From contig JAUCQB010000088.1 of assembly GCA_030372985.1 (NCBI GenBank), forward strand, positions 9,583-73,582: DNA of 64,000 bases. Reading direction: 5' to 3'. The translations under genes were made by a program, and so were the position numbers. Below the pieces are notes generated by a model. The model was not told the origin of the DNA. It ran no database searches and saw nothing but the letters and a program-made list of their open reading frames with translations. Below, in pieces: positions 10,101-19,784 of the stretch (the stretch's first letter is position 1; every line of letters starts with the position of its first letter). This stretch comes from Phycisphaerae bacterium (GTDB lineage: Bacteria > Planctomycetota > Phycisphaerae > UBA1845 > PWPN01).

Positions 10101-10289
10101 TTAACGGCCCATCGGCCGGTCGACCCGTTTCACCGACTTGCGGATCCGGCGGCGACGGCGCTCGCTGGGCTTTTCGTAGTAGGCCGTCCGTTTGATTTCC
10201 TTGGTGAGGCCTTCCTTCTCGCACATTTTCTTGAACCGGCGGAGCATCTGCTCCAGGGATTCGTTGCCACGGGCCTTCACCTTAATCAT
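10101..10289 (-). CDS. rpsU: 30S ribosomal protein S21
   Basis: The 62-aa sequence MIKVKARGNESLEQMLRRFKKMCEKEGLTKEIKRTAYYEKPSERRRRR is a textbook S21 sequence. Confidence 0.95.
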   Translation of the reverse strand: MIKVKARGNESLEQMLRRFKKMCEKEGLTKEIKRTAYYEKPSERRRRRIRKSVKRVDRPMGR

Positions 10290-10639
10290 ACGGAAGCTAG
10301 TCCTTTCGTTCTTCTCGAAACGCTGTCACGCGTCCTCGACCCCACTGCCGAAACCATCCATCACAGATCCGTGAGTATAGTCGGTCTCCGTCGCCCTGTA
10401 AATGAGCTGCCGGCGAACCTGTCGACAGGAGCTTTAAGCCCCTGAGTGACGACACCCTGCGACCCTTAACCCTTTTCAAGGCAGGAGGTTAAGCGCGAAG
10501 CCCTTCTTGCGGATGAACCTCGAAGGCCGGTCACCATCCAGCGAGACTCGCGGCCACTACACAGATCGCTATCATGAACACCCGACGGCCCGGGAAACAC
10601 GCGGTCAGGGCCGGAACCTGTGACTGCTCGGAGACAAGC

Positions 10640-12118
10640 ATGAATCGGACCCGTCACCACTGTCGGCTGATCGTGGCCGCCACTCTGCTGTGCCTGCTCG
10701 CTGCTACGCTGCTCGCGGCTCAGGACAAACCGCAGCCGATTCCCGTTCGCGCCGACGAAACCCGGATTATGGAGGTGCTCAAGGATCTCGACGCCAAGCG
10801 ATCGGGGATGATGAATGTGCCGATCGAAGACGCCCGCCTGCTGCGGTTCATGGGCCTGGCCGCCAACGCCAAACACGTCGTCGAGATCGGTACCTCGAAC
10901 GGCTACTCCGGGCTCTGGATCTGTCTGGCGCTGCAAAGCACGGGCGGCAAGCTCACCACTTTCGAAATCGATGCCGGCCGGGCGGCATTGGCCCGCGAGA
11001 ACTTCAAGCGGGCCGGCGTCGAGTCTATCGTCACGCTGGTTGAGGGCGACGCACATAAGGAGATTGGCCGACTCAAGGGGCCGATCGACATGGTCTTCAT
11101 CGACGCGGAGAAACCGGGCTACTTCGACTACCTGAACAAGCTCCTGCCGCTGGTTCGGCCCAACGGGCTGATTCTGGCTCACAACACAACGAATCTCGGC
11201 TCGCAGATGAAGGACTACGTCGACGCCGTCACGAAGAACCCAGACCTTGATACGATCTTCCTGAACACGCACAACCAGGGCATGGCCGTCACGGTGAAGA
11301 AGCCGCCCCTGTCAAAACCCGCCGAGCAACCACGGGCCGCCACGGAACCGAACGCCGCGGGCCGACTGGTTCTTGGTTACATCAACGAGATCCCGCCCGA
11401 GTCGGACGAGCAGCGAGCCGCCCGGCACAAGAAGATCGCCGAGCGCCGCCAGGGCACGCCGGTGATGGTGCATCGAGGCGACAGTAGCGCCGCCCCCGAG
11501 AACACCCTGGAAGCTTACGCTACTGCGATAGACCGCGGAGCCGACGGCGTGGAGATCGACATCCGGCGAAGCAAGGACGGCGTGCTCTACTTGCACCACG
11601 ACGACACCGCCGGCCGGATGATCCCGGGCGAGGGCAAGCTCAAGGATATGACCTATTACGAGATCCTGAGCCGCGGCATGACCAAGACCTTCGGTACGGC
11701 CAACAAGGAAACCCGCGTGCCGACGCTGGCAGCGTTTCTGGCATTGGCCCGGCAGCGGTGTATGCTACTGCACCTGGATGTGAAGGAGGCCGGCCTGCAG
11801 GAGGAGATCGAGCGGATGTTCGACGAGGCCGATATCTGGGATCACGTTGTTGAGGTGAACGCGGGTAACGCAGAGAGGCTCCGTTCGCACCCCAAGGTCA
11901 AGCTGCTGCCCTATAAGGGCTGGTGGCCCGAGGGCAAGTACGCGGAAGACCCCGCGGCCGCCCAGGACGTGATGGGCAGGGATGGAGCGATGGTCTTCAC
12001 AAAAGAGCCTGGCGCGGCCGTCAAAATGCTCAAGAAACCCGTCCTGACTACCCCCGTGCCGCTGCCGAAGAACCTGCGCGTCCCGTGGAAACCCGAAGGC
12101 CCGGCTCCGCAACTGTAG
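10640..12118 (+). CDS. Signal-peptide-bearing fusion: class I SAM-dependent O-methyltransferase (family 3) + glycerophosphodiester phosphodiesterase (GDPD) domain
   Basis: The ATG at 10640 gives MNRTRHHCRLIVAATLLCLLAATLLAAQD, a signal peptide. The O-methyltransferase region contains VVEIGTSNGYSGLWI ... MVFIDAEKPGY. A Pro/Ala linker follows. The GDPD region contains VMVHRGDSSAAPENTLEAY ... GADGVEIDIRRSKDGVLYLHHD. Confidence 0.75.
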   Translation: MNRTRHHCRLIVAATLLCLLAATLLAAQDKPQPIPVRADETRIMEVLKDLDAKRSGMMNVPIEDARLLRFMGLAANAKHVVEIGTSNGYSGLWICLALQSTGGKLTTFEIDAGRAALARENFKRAGVESIVTLVEGDAHKEIGRLKGPIDMVFIDAEKPGYFDYLNKLLPLVRPNGLILAHNTTNLGSQMKDYVDAVTKNPDLDTIFLNTHNQGMAVTVKKPPLSKPAEQPRAATEPNAAGRLVLGYINEIPPESDEQRAARHKKIAERRQGTPVMVHRGDSSAAPENTLEAYATAIDRGADGVEIDIRRSKDGVLYLHHDDTAGRMIPGEGKLKDMTYYEILSRGMTKTFGTANKETRVPTLAAFLALARQRCMLLHLDVKEAGLQEEIERMFDEADIWDHVVEVNAGNAERLRSHPKVKLLPYKGWWPEGKYAEDPAAAQDVMGRDGAMVFTKEPGAAVKMLKKPVLTTPVPLPKNLRVPWKPEGPAPQL

Positions 12119-12150
12119 CGTCAGATCAGGCCTTCCATGCCTCCCTCCTT

Positions 12151-12160
12151 GTGATATAAT
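12151..12160 (+). promoter_or_regulatory. Extended -10 promoter element (TGaTATAAT) upstream of the giant surface-protein gene
   Basis: gTGaTATAAT lies at 12152-12160 inside a locally AT-rich patch, 148 bp upstream of the preferred ATG (12308). A perfect TATAAT is rare in this GC-rich DNA. Confidence 0.4.
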
Positions 12161-12307
12161 CATTGGTAAGGTGTGTCTTGCTGCGGCCTGGAAGATTTTG
12201 TATTTTTTATTACCGCTTTTGTCATTGCATGTGAACTATCCGGAGGGCTCCAGATGCGACCGCTCCATTCCATCTGCACCGCTGTACAGCAGATTTCCGC
12301 GAAGAAG

Positions 12308-15300
12308 ATGCCCCGCGCTGATCGACAGGTCGGGGCCGGCGGCTTCGTCCGCCTCTGGTGTGCAGTGGGCATGGTGACGGCCGTTTCGACCGTGGCTCTC
12401 GGGGAATCGTTCGCAGTCAACGACTCGAGTTTCCTGGAAGCCAACTGGGCCCATTCTCTGCGGCTGGACTCCGGCGCGGGCACACAGAGCATCAGCCGGC
12501 AGGTGACGACCGATAACCCGACGGGCTATCAGCAGGGCATTCACCAATGGAGCAACGGCACGATCAGGACCGGGCATTTCCACATCGCCGCCAGGTACAA
12601 CCCGTCGGCCAAGGGGCCGATCAGCAATCTGGACTTCGGCTACAGCTTCCGGATGACCGCCGCGTCGACCAGCATCAAGGAGATCCAGACTGCCCTGATG
12701 CTCCGCCAGGGCGGGAGCATGTATGCTCAGAACACCCTGCGGACACTCACAGAGGGCTCGGTCTGGAACTCGGTGACGGGCGGCGGCTTAACGGCAGCCA
12801 GCTTTGGCCGAATCACCACGAGCGGCGTCGATTCGACCTCTCATCCGGACCTCACCTGCTCCGGCGGTGAGATCGAGTTCGGCTACACGGCGATCAACAC
12901 GTCCACCAAGTCGAACAACAGCGTGACCTGGAACATCGATGACTTCTCCGTCATCGTGTACTACACGGCCTCGGGCGACTGCAACGGCAACGGCATCTCC
13001 GACCAGTGCGAGATCAGCAACGGCCTGGTTGACGACTGCGACAACAATGGCATGCCTGACGATTGTGAGACCGACTGCAACGGCAACCACGTGCCGGATC
13101 ATTGCGACCTGAACCCCGCCGACCCGGACGGCGACGGCGTCGTCCATGCGGACTGCAATCATAATCGCGTTCCCGATTTCTGCGACGTGGCCGCGGGCCT
13201 GGCCCAGGACTGCAACGGCAACGGCATCCTCGATCGATGCGAGATCGATAACGGCGTGCACTCCGTGAAAGGCTGGGGCGACAACAACTACGGCCAGACG
13301 ACGACGCCGGCCGGCGAGGACTTCAAGGCGATTGCCGTCGGCGGCTACCACAGCCTCGCTCTGCGGCACGATGGTTCGATCGTCGGTTGGGGATACAACA
13401 ATCTCGGCCAGACGGCCGTGCCCGCGGGCAACGATTTCGTGGCCCTGTCCGCCGGCCTTGAGCACAGTGTGGCCCTGCGGGCAGACGGGTCGCTTGTCGC
13501 CTGGGGGAGCAACGCTCAGGGGCAGACAAACGTGCCCGTGATTGGCGTCTACACGGCTGTATCATCAGGGTACGAGCACAACGTGGCCCTGCGCAGCGAC
13601 GGAGCCATGGTCACGTGGGGTGACAACTCGTTTGGACAAGACAACGTCCCGGCGGGCAACGTGTTCATCGCCGTGTCCGCCGGTGCTTATCACAACCTCG
13701 CCCTGCGGGCCGACGGATCGCTCGTCGCCTGGGGCCGAAACGACGCCGGCCAGACGAACGTGCCGGCCGGAAACGACTTCGTGGCCATCTCCTCGGGCAC
13801 CTACCACTGCCTGGCTCTGCGATCCAACGGCAGTGTTGTGTGCTGGGGATGGAATCACGCCGGTCAAAGCGATGCGCCTGCGGGCAACAACTTCGTTTCG
13901 ATTGCCGGAGGCCACGACCAGAGTCTCGCCATCCGGGCCGACGGGTCGATCGTCGCGTGGGGCAAGAACGGCCAGGCCCAGGCATACGTGCCGTCGGGCA
14001 CCGGCTACCTGTCAGTTGCGGCAAAACTTGGCCACAGCCTGGCCCTGACCCTGCCGTCGAGCACACCCGAGGACTGCAACGGCAACCGCGTGCCGGACGA
14101 CTGTGACCTTGCCGCCGGCACGGAGACGGATTGCGACGGCAACGGTGTTCCGGACGAATGCGATGTCAGTTCCAGGGACCCGGACGACGACGGCAGTGTG
14201 AGCCCGGACTGCAACCACAACGATTTGCCCGACGTGTGTGATCTTGCCGAGGACTGCAACGCCAACGGTGTCCCCGATACGTGCGACGTCGATCCCGGCG
14301 GCCGCAAAATCGTGGCCTGGGGTGACAACTACTACGGCCAGTTGAACGTGCCCGCCGGCGAGGACTTCGTTGCAGTCTCCGCCGGTACCTACCATTCCGT
14401 CGCACTGCGGGCGGACGGTTCACTTGTCGGCTGGGGCCGTAACGTTTACGGCGAGGCCACTGTGCCCGGTGGCAACGACTTCGTCGCCGTCTCTGCGGGT
14501 AACTTCTACAGCCTGGTCCTGCGGAAGGACGGCTCGGTCACGGGCTGGGGCGATAACGCTTACGGCCAGCTCAACTACCCGCCGGACAGGTACATCGCCA
14601 TCTCCGCTGGCGGTAACCACAGCCTTGCGCTCGGCGCCGACGGATCGATCGTGCAAGCCGGCTACGGCGCCGGCACGCAACCGGCGGGCAGCGACTTCCG
14701 GATGATCGCTGCGGGCGCCGCCCACGGCCTCGCGCTGCGCTCCGACGGCACGGTTGCCGCCTGGGGCAACAACTATTACGGGCAGGCGAACGCGCCGGCG
14801 GGCGACGATTTCGTCGCCGTGGCCGCTGGCAGTAACCACAGCCTTGCCCTTCGCGCGAACGGCACGGTTGCCGCATGGGGGTACAACTCCGACGGGCAGG
14901 GCACGGCCCCGCCGGGCAGTGACTACGTCGCTATCTCCGCCGGATATCGTTGCAGCTTCGCTGTCCGAGCGGACGGCTCCATATACGGGTGGGGTTCCAC
15001 GATTGCCCCTGCGGGCAACAGCTTTACGGCGATCGACGGGGGCGAGTACCACAACGTTGCGCTGGCTCGCCCGGACCTCCTGCCGGCTGACTGTAATGCG
15101 GACGGTGTTCCCGATGACTGCCAGATGATCGACTGCAACGGCAACGGCTCTCATGACGCGTGCGAACTCGCGAGCGGGGCGGCCGCGGACTGCAACGCCA
15201 ACGGCGTGCCTGATGACTGCGATCCCGATGGCGACGGCGACGGCCAGACCGATGCGTGCGATAACTGTCCGGCCATCGCAAATCCGACGCAGGCGGATAG

Positions 15301-18300
15301 CGACGGCGACGGCCTCGGCGATTTGTGCGACCCCAACCCCGTCACAATTGGCTATTGGCGCTTCGAGGAGGGAGTGGCCGACGCCCAGGCGAGCGGCAGC
15401 AACACCATTCTGGACAGTTCTGGAAATGCGCTGCACGGAACTCCCGCCAATGGGCCGATCTACCGCGCCCAGGTGCCAGGCTCGGCGCTGCTTTCCAATA
15501 CGCGATCGCTTGAGTTTAACGACATCAACTCACGCGTCACGATCCCGGATGGTCCCCTTGTCACACTGACGCACAGCCTGACGCTGGAGGCCTTCATCAA
15601 GGCCCGGCCGATGCAGCCCGGCACGGGCGGCGGCGGCGTCATCGTCAAACGGGCGGACAATCGTCCCGGCTTGGACCCGTACCAATTGGTGGTCGAACAA
15701 CCCGGGAACATCATCAGCTTCCAGGTGATCAACGCAAGCGATCAACCGGCCAGACTGACTGCCACGATTCCCTACGACCGATGGCTGCACGTGGCCGGCA
15801 CGCTCGACGATGCCACCGGTGTGATGAAGCTCTATGTCGATTGGACCGAAGTGGCGTCCACCACGACCGCAATCCGACCGCTGGGGGCGCTGGCTCCGGC
15901 ATACAGCCCATGCCTGTCGATCGGGGAGGATTGTACGGGGCAGTATGGAGAGGCTTTCAACGGCCTGATCGACGAAGTCAGAATCTCGGTTTGGCCGCTT
16001 TCGCCGGAACAGTTTCTGCCCGGGTGCGACGCGCCCGTCGACCCTCCGCCGCCCGATAACGACGGCGACGGAAGATGGGACGCCTGCGACAATTGTCTGG
16101 CCGTTGCCAACCCTGACCAGCTTGATTCCGACAGCGACGAGATCGGCGATGCGTGCGACAACTGCCCGGCCGCCGCCAATTCCACGCAGACCGACGGCGA
16201 CACGGACGGCAAGGGCGATGCGTGTGACAACTGCCCCGCGACGGCCAACCCCGACCAGGCGGATGGCGACTCGGACGGGAAGGGCGATGCCTGCGACAAC
16301 TGTCCGCAGGTCGCCGACCCCACGCAGGCCGACGGTGACGACGACGGCGTAGGCAACGCATGTGACAACTGCCTGAGTGTGGCCAACCCCGGCCAGGAGA
16401 ATTCCGACACCGACACCCTCGGGGACGCGTGTGACAACTGCCCGACGGTCGACAACCCCGACCAGCTCGACCATGATAAGGACGCCATCGGCGACGCCTG
16501 CGACCCGGACATCGACGGCGACGGCACGCCCAACGACCAGGACGCCTGCCCGATCGATCCGCGCAAGATCACGGATGTCGATACCGACGGCGATGGCATT
16601 CTCGACTGCAGCGATAACTGCCCCCTGGTCCCCAATCCTGACCAGGAAAACGTCTGCCGACCGGCCGGTAACGTGCTCTGCGTCGACGCCGATGCTTACG
16701 GCAACAACGACGGCAGCAACTGGTTCAACGCGTACAATTCGCTGCAGGATGCCCTCAAGACGGCCACCACCTCAGGCAGCGGCATCACCGAGATCTGGAT
16801 CGCCACAGGCACCTACAAGCCTGACCAGGGCGTCGGCATCACGCCGGGCAGTCGAACGGCTTCCTTCAAGCTCAGTAACAACGTCTCACTCTACGGCGGC
16901 TTCGCGGGGACCGAGACCCAGCGTGACCAGGCCGATCCTGCGGCGAACCCCACCATTCTGAGCGGCGACCTCCTCGGCAATGACACCGGCGGCCTCGACG
17001 ACGCGTCCCGAACCGATAACTCCCTGCGCGTGGTCTATGTCTTGCCCATGAACACGCAAAACCCCGTGGTGGTCAGCGGCCTGATCATCGCCAACGGCCA
17101 CGCGTATCCGCAATACACCGGAGCGGGCCTGTTCACGTCCCGCAGCACTCTGTCAATCATCCGATGCACTTTCGATCGAAACAAGGCGGCACGAGGAGGG
17201 GTCATCGCCAGCGACAACAGCGGCAGCACCGTAACCATCCAGGATTGCACTTTCACCAACAACGCAGCGGACTTCGGCGGTGTCGTGAGTCCGTACGGTC
17301 TGGCCTTCACCCTCGAAAACTGTACCCTCCGGAACAACACCGCCAAGTATGCCGGCGGCGCCGTCGAGAGCAGCTACTCGGCAACCATCCGCAACTGCAC
17401 CTTCCAGCAGAACTCGGCTCCCAAAGGCGGCGCGATCAGCATGAGTCAAAGGACGAGCAACCTGGTCGAGAATTGCACGTTCCTGGGCAACACGGCAACG
17501 ACGTCTGGCGGGGCCATCGAAGGCCCCACTTCCGCGACCATCCGCAACTGCACGTTCGAGGGCAACTCGGCCGTCTCGGCCGGCGGGGCAATTGCCGGCG
17601 GCGGCAAGAGCCGCGTCGAGAACTGTCTCTTCAAGAACAACACCGCGGTCAACGGCGGAGCCACCGACCACTTCGCTTCGACCACCATGGTGAACTGCAC
17701 CTTCCAGGGCAATTCGGCGTCCTTATACGGTGGGGCCGCCTCATACCCGGATGGCTCGATGTTCGTCAATTGCAGTTTCCTCGGAAACCATGCCCGCGAC
17801 GGCGGCGCTCTGGCCTCCGGATACTCGGTGAAGACCACCAACTGCGCGTTCATCGGCAACACCGCTTCAAACGGCGGTGGGGCCTGGTGCGCCACTCAGA
17901 CGTCGTCCTGGACGGTGATCAACTGCACGTTCTCGGCCAATCGCGCCGATGGACGTGGAGGGGCGCTCGCCGCCAGCCTGGCGGTTACGTCGAGCCTGCG
18001 CAACTGCATCTTCTGGGCCAACTCCGATCCGACCGGCAGCGGAGCTGATGCCCAGATCTATGGCTTGCCTGCTGCTCAGGTGGATTACAGTTGTGTTCAG
18101 GGCGGCTGGACCGGTGCAGGCAACATCGATGCCGATCCGTTGTTCATGCGAGATCCGTCCGCTGGAGCGGATGGTGAATGGAGAACGTCGGATGACGACT
18201 ACGGCGACTTGCGGCTGCGGCTGGGCTCGCCCTGCGCGGACAGCGGCAACAACCAGGCCGTGCTCGCTGATACGGCCGACCTGGATCACGACGGCGACGT

Positions 18301-18802
18301 CAGCGAGCCGACGCCGCTTGACCTCAATGGCGCGGCCCGCTTCATCGACGACCCTGACGCGGCCGATGCGGGCAACCCGCCGGGCGGGTCGCCGTTTGTC
18401 GATATGGGGCCGTACGAACGGGCGGCCGACAGCGACGATGATGACATCCTCAATAACCTCGACAACTGCCCGTATGACGCCAACGCCGACCAGGCGGACG
18501 CGGACACTGACGGTGTGGGCGACGCCTGTGACCAGTGTCCGGATACGCCCGCGGGCACGAAGGTCTCATACACCGGCTGCCCGACGCCGAAAGCGGATTA
18601 TGACCAGGACGGCGACGTGGACCAGACCGATTTCGGTTTCTTCCAGCGGTGCATGAGCGGCACCGGCGTGCCGCAGGACGACCTGAATTGTGCCGATGGC
18701 CGCTTGGACTACGACTCCGATGTCGACGCGTATGATGTTCTCTTGTTCACGGGCTGCCTGAGCGGCCCGGACGTCGCGGCCGATCCCAATTGCCTTGAGT
18801 AG
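12308..18802 (+). CDS. Giant (2,164 aa) secreted mosaic protein with DCNGNG-type Cys repeats, two RCC1-like propellers, LamG, thrombospondin type 3 repeats, a parallel beta-helix and a dockerin-like C-terminus
   Basis: Lies within ORF 12173-18802. The ATG at 12308 gives MPRADRQVGAGGFVRLWCAVGMVTAVSTVALG, a signal peptide. Approximate domain blocks by nt:
- DCNGNGxPDxCD-type repeats: 12975-13260, 14070-14300, 15085-15230
- GWGxNxxGQ...H.LALR..GS repeats of about 38 aa: 13266-14045 and 14310-15050
- LamG-like (YWRFEEG ... LIDEVRIS): 15345-16015
- DxDxDGxGDACDNCP thrombospondin-3 repeats: 15230-15330, 16040-16660, 18420-18540
- NCTFxxNxAxxGGA beta-helix repeats: about 17150-18010
- EF-hand/dockerin-like tail: 18592-18799. 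Confidence 0.85.
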   Translation: MPRADRQVGAGGFVRLWCAVGMVTAVSTVALGESFAVNDSSFLEANWAHSLRLDSGAGTQSISRQVTTDNPTGYQQGIHQWSNGTIRTGHFHIAARYNPSAKGPISNLDFGYSFRMTAASTSIKEIQTALMLRQGGSMYAQNTLRTLTEGSVWNSVTGGGLTAASFGRITTSGVDSTSHPDLTCSGGEIEFGYTAINTSTKSNNSVTWNIDDFSVIVYYTASGDCNGNGISDQCEISNGLVDDCDNNGMPDDCETDCNGNHVPDHCDLNPADPDGDGVVHADCNHNRVPDFCDVAAGLAQDCNGNGILDRCEIDNGVHSVKGWGDNNYGQTTTPAGEDFKAIAVGGYHSLALRHDGSIVGWGYNNLGQTAVPAGNDFVALSAGLEHSVALRADGSLVAWGSNAQGQTNVPVIGVYTAVSSGYEHNVALRSDGAMVTWGDNSFGQDNVPAGNVFIAVSAGAYHNLALRADGSLVAWGRNDAGQTNVPAGNDFVAISSGTYHCLALRSNGSVVCWGWNHAGQSDAPAGNNFVSIAGGHDQSLAIRADGSIVAWGKNGQAQAYVPSGTGYLSVAAKLGHSLALTLPSSTPEDCNGNRVPDDCDLAAGTETDCDGNGVPDECDVSSRDPDDDGSVSPDCNHNDLPDVCDLAEDCNANGVPDTCDVDPGGRKIVAWGDNYYGQLNVPAGEDFVAVSAGTYHSVALRADGSLVGWGRNVYGEATVPGGNDFVAVSAGNFYSLVLRKDGSVTGWGDNAYGQLNYPPDRYIAISAGGNHSLALGADGSIVQAGYGAGTQPAGSDFRMIAAGAAHGLALRSDGTVAAWGNNYYGQANAPAGDDFVAVAAGSNHSLALRANGTVAAWGYNSDGQGTAPPGSDYVAISAGYRCSFAVRADGSIYGWGSTIAPAGNSFTAIDGGEYHNVALARPDLLPADCNADGVPDDCQMIDCNGNGSHDACELASGAAADCNANGVPDDCDPDGDGDGQTDACDNCPAIANPTQADSDGDGLGDLCDPNPVTIGYWRFEEGVADAQASGSNTILDSSGNALHGTPANGPIYRAQVPGSALLSNTRSLEFNDINSRVTIPDGPLVTLTHSLTLEAFIKARPMQPGTGGGGVIVKRADNRPGLDPYQLVVEQPGNIISFQVINASDQPARLTATIPYDRWLHVAGTLDDATGVMKLYVDWTEVASTTTAIRPLGALAPAYSPCLSIGEDCTGQYGEAFNGLIDEVRISVWPLSPEQFLPGCDAPVDPPPPDNDGDGRWDACDNCLAVANPDQLDSDSDEIGDACDNCPAAANSTQTDGDTDGKGDACDNCPATANPDQADGDSDGKGDACDNCPQVADPTQADGDDDGVGNACDNCLSVANPGQENSDTDTLGDACDNCPTVDNPDQLDHDKDAIGDACDPDIDGDGTPNDQDACPIDPRKITDVDTDGDGILDCSDNCPLVPNPDQENVCRPAGNVLCVDADAYGNNDGSNWFNAYNSLQDALKTATTSGSGITEIWIATGTYKPDQGVGITPGSRTASFKLSNNVSLYGGFAGTETQRDQADPAANPTILSGDLLGNDTGGLDDASRTDNSLRVVYVLPMNTQNPVVVSGLIIANGHAYPQYTGAGLFTSRSTLSIIRCTFDRNKAARGGVIASDNSGSTVTIQDCTFTNNAADFGGVVSPYGLAFTLENCTLRNNTAKYAGGAVESSYSATIRNCTFQQNSAPKGGAISMSQRTSNLVENCTFLGNTATTSGGAIEGPTSATIRNCTFEGNSAVSAGGAIAGGGKSRVENCLFKNNTAVNGGATDHFASTTMVNCTFQGNSASLYGGAASYPDGSMFVNCSFLGNHARDGGALASGYSVKTTNCAFIGNTASNGGGAWCATQTSSWTVINCTFSANRADGRGGALAASLAVTSSLRNCIFWANSDPTGSGADAQIYGLPAAQVDYSCVQGGWTGAGNIDADPLFMRDPSAGADGEWRTSDDDYGDLRLRLGSPCADSGNNQAVLADTADLDHDGDVSEPTPLDLNGAARFIDDPDAADAGNPPGGSPFVDMGPYERAADSDDDDILNNLDNCPYDANADQADADTDGVGDACDQCPDTPAGTKVSYTGCPTPKADYDQDGDVDQTDFGFFQRCMSGTGVPQDDLNCADGRLDYDSDVDAYDVLLFTGCLSGPDVAADPNCLE

Positions 18803-19125
18803 GACGTTGTCCAAAACGGGTGCCGCGGCCAGCTTGCCTGCCCGTGCCTGCTCCTGAGCGAGAAAACACTGGCGGGCCAGCCGCCCGTGCCACCCCGCGG
18901 GCCAGCGCCGGCGGTACCCGAGTCGCGAAGTCGCTGCAGCGGGCTCTGAGGCTGACTTGACGAGTTGGCCGTCGCCTGGGCTGGCAGTCAGCGGACGCGG
19001 AGCTATCGGACCATCCTCACCTTGCCGGATTCTTCTTGATCTTCGCTTGGCCGAAAACGTACAATCGGCGCAGAGCCGTTTTTGAGGGGGAATCAAGGTC
19101 CCGCCATGTGGCAGGGGGAGAAGCC

Positions 19126-19392
19126 ATGACCGATGAAGTCTTTGCTGCCCACATCGAAGAGGCCCGTCACAAGATCGAGTCTTTGCCCGAGAATCAGCGC
19201 GGTCCGCTCCTCAGATTCCTCGACGAAACCTCTCGCAGACAGGCGAATCTCAGGGTGAGTTTCGCTCACCTCCGACGTCTGCTGGACGACTGGCGACTCC
19301 AGGTCAAGTACATGGCATTCGACTTGGAGGCCACCAGACGTGAATTGGCGGAACTCCGCCGCAGACAAGAGGACTCGGATCCGCAAGCGTGA
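19126..19392 (+). CDS. Hypothetical 88-aa coiled-coil protein
   Basis: The ATG at 19126 is preceded by GGGGGAG. The sequence is charged and helical (MTDEVFAAHIEEARHKIESLPENQRG...ELAELRRRQEDSD). I recognise no family. Confidence 0.5.
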   Translation: MTDEVFAAHIEEARHKIESLPENQRGPLLRFLDETSRRQANLRVSFAHLRRLLDDWRLQVKYMAFDLEATRRELAELRRRQEDSDPQA

Positions 19393-19704
19393 TACCCGAC
19401 GGGCCTGACCGCCGGCCGTCCGCAAGATGAAACCCTCCAGTTGCATAAAACCGACCAGGAACAATCGGATGGAGCCCTGGAGACGGCCTTGCCTGAAGGA
19501 TGAAGGCGGAGGAACACCATTGCTGGTGCATTTCGCCGTTCGCTCGGAAACCTCATTCTCAATCCTGCATTCGCCGTTCTTCATTCGCCAGCGTTGCCGT
19601 ATGCAGCGATGGGATAAACCTCGCCGTGGCCTACGGTTAGGATCGCCTGATGGCAGCCGGCCCCTCCAGGCTCACACGTGGGCGGCGCCGGCCCTGCTTG
19701 CCGG

Positions 19705-19710
19705 TATAAT
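19705..19710 (+). promoter_or_regulatory. Candidate -10 hexamer (GGTATAAT)
   Basis: A perfect TATAAT lies 75 bp upstream of the ATG at 19785. Confidence 0.3.
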
Positions 19711-19784
19711 CCTGACGGAGCGAGAAAACCGCCCCTTCCGCCGCATGGCGCTCGGGATGACTCGGCCGGTGCTGGAGTTCGTCA

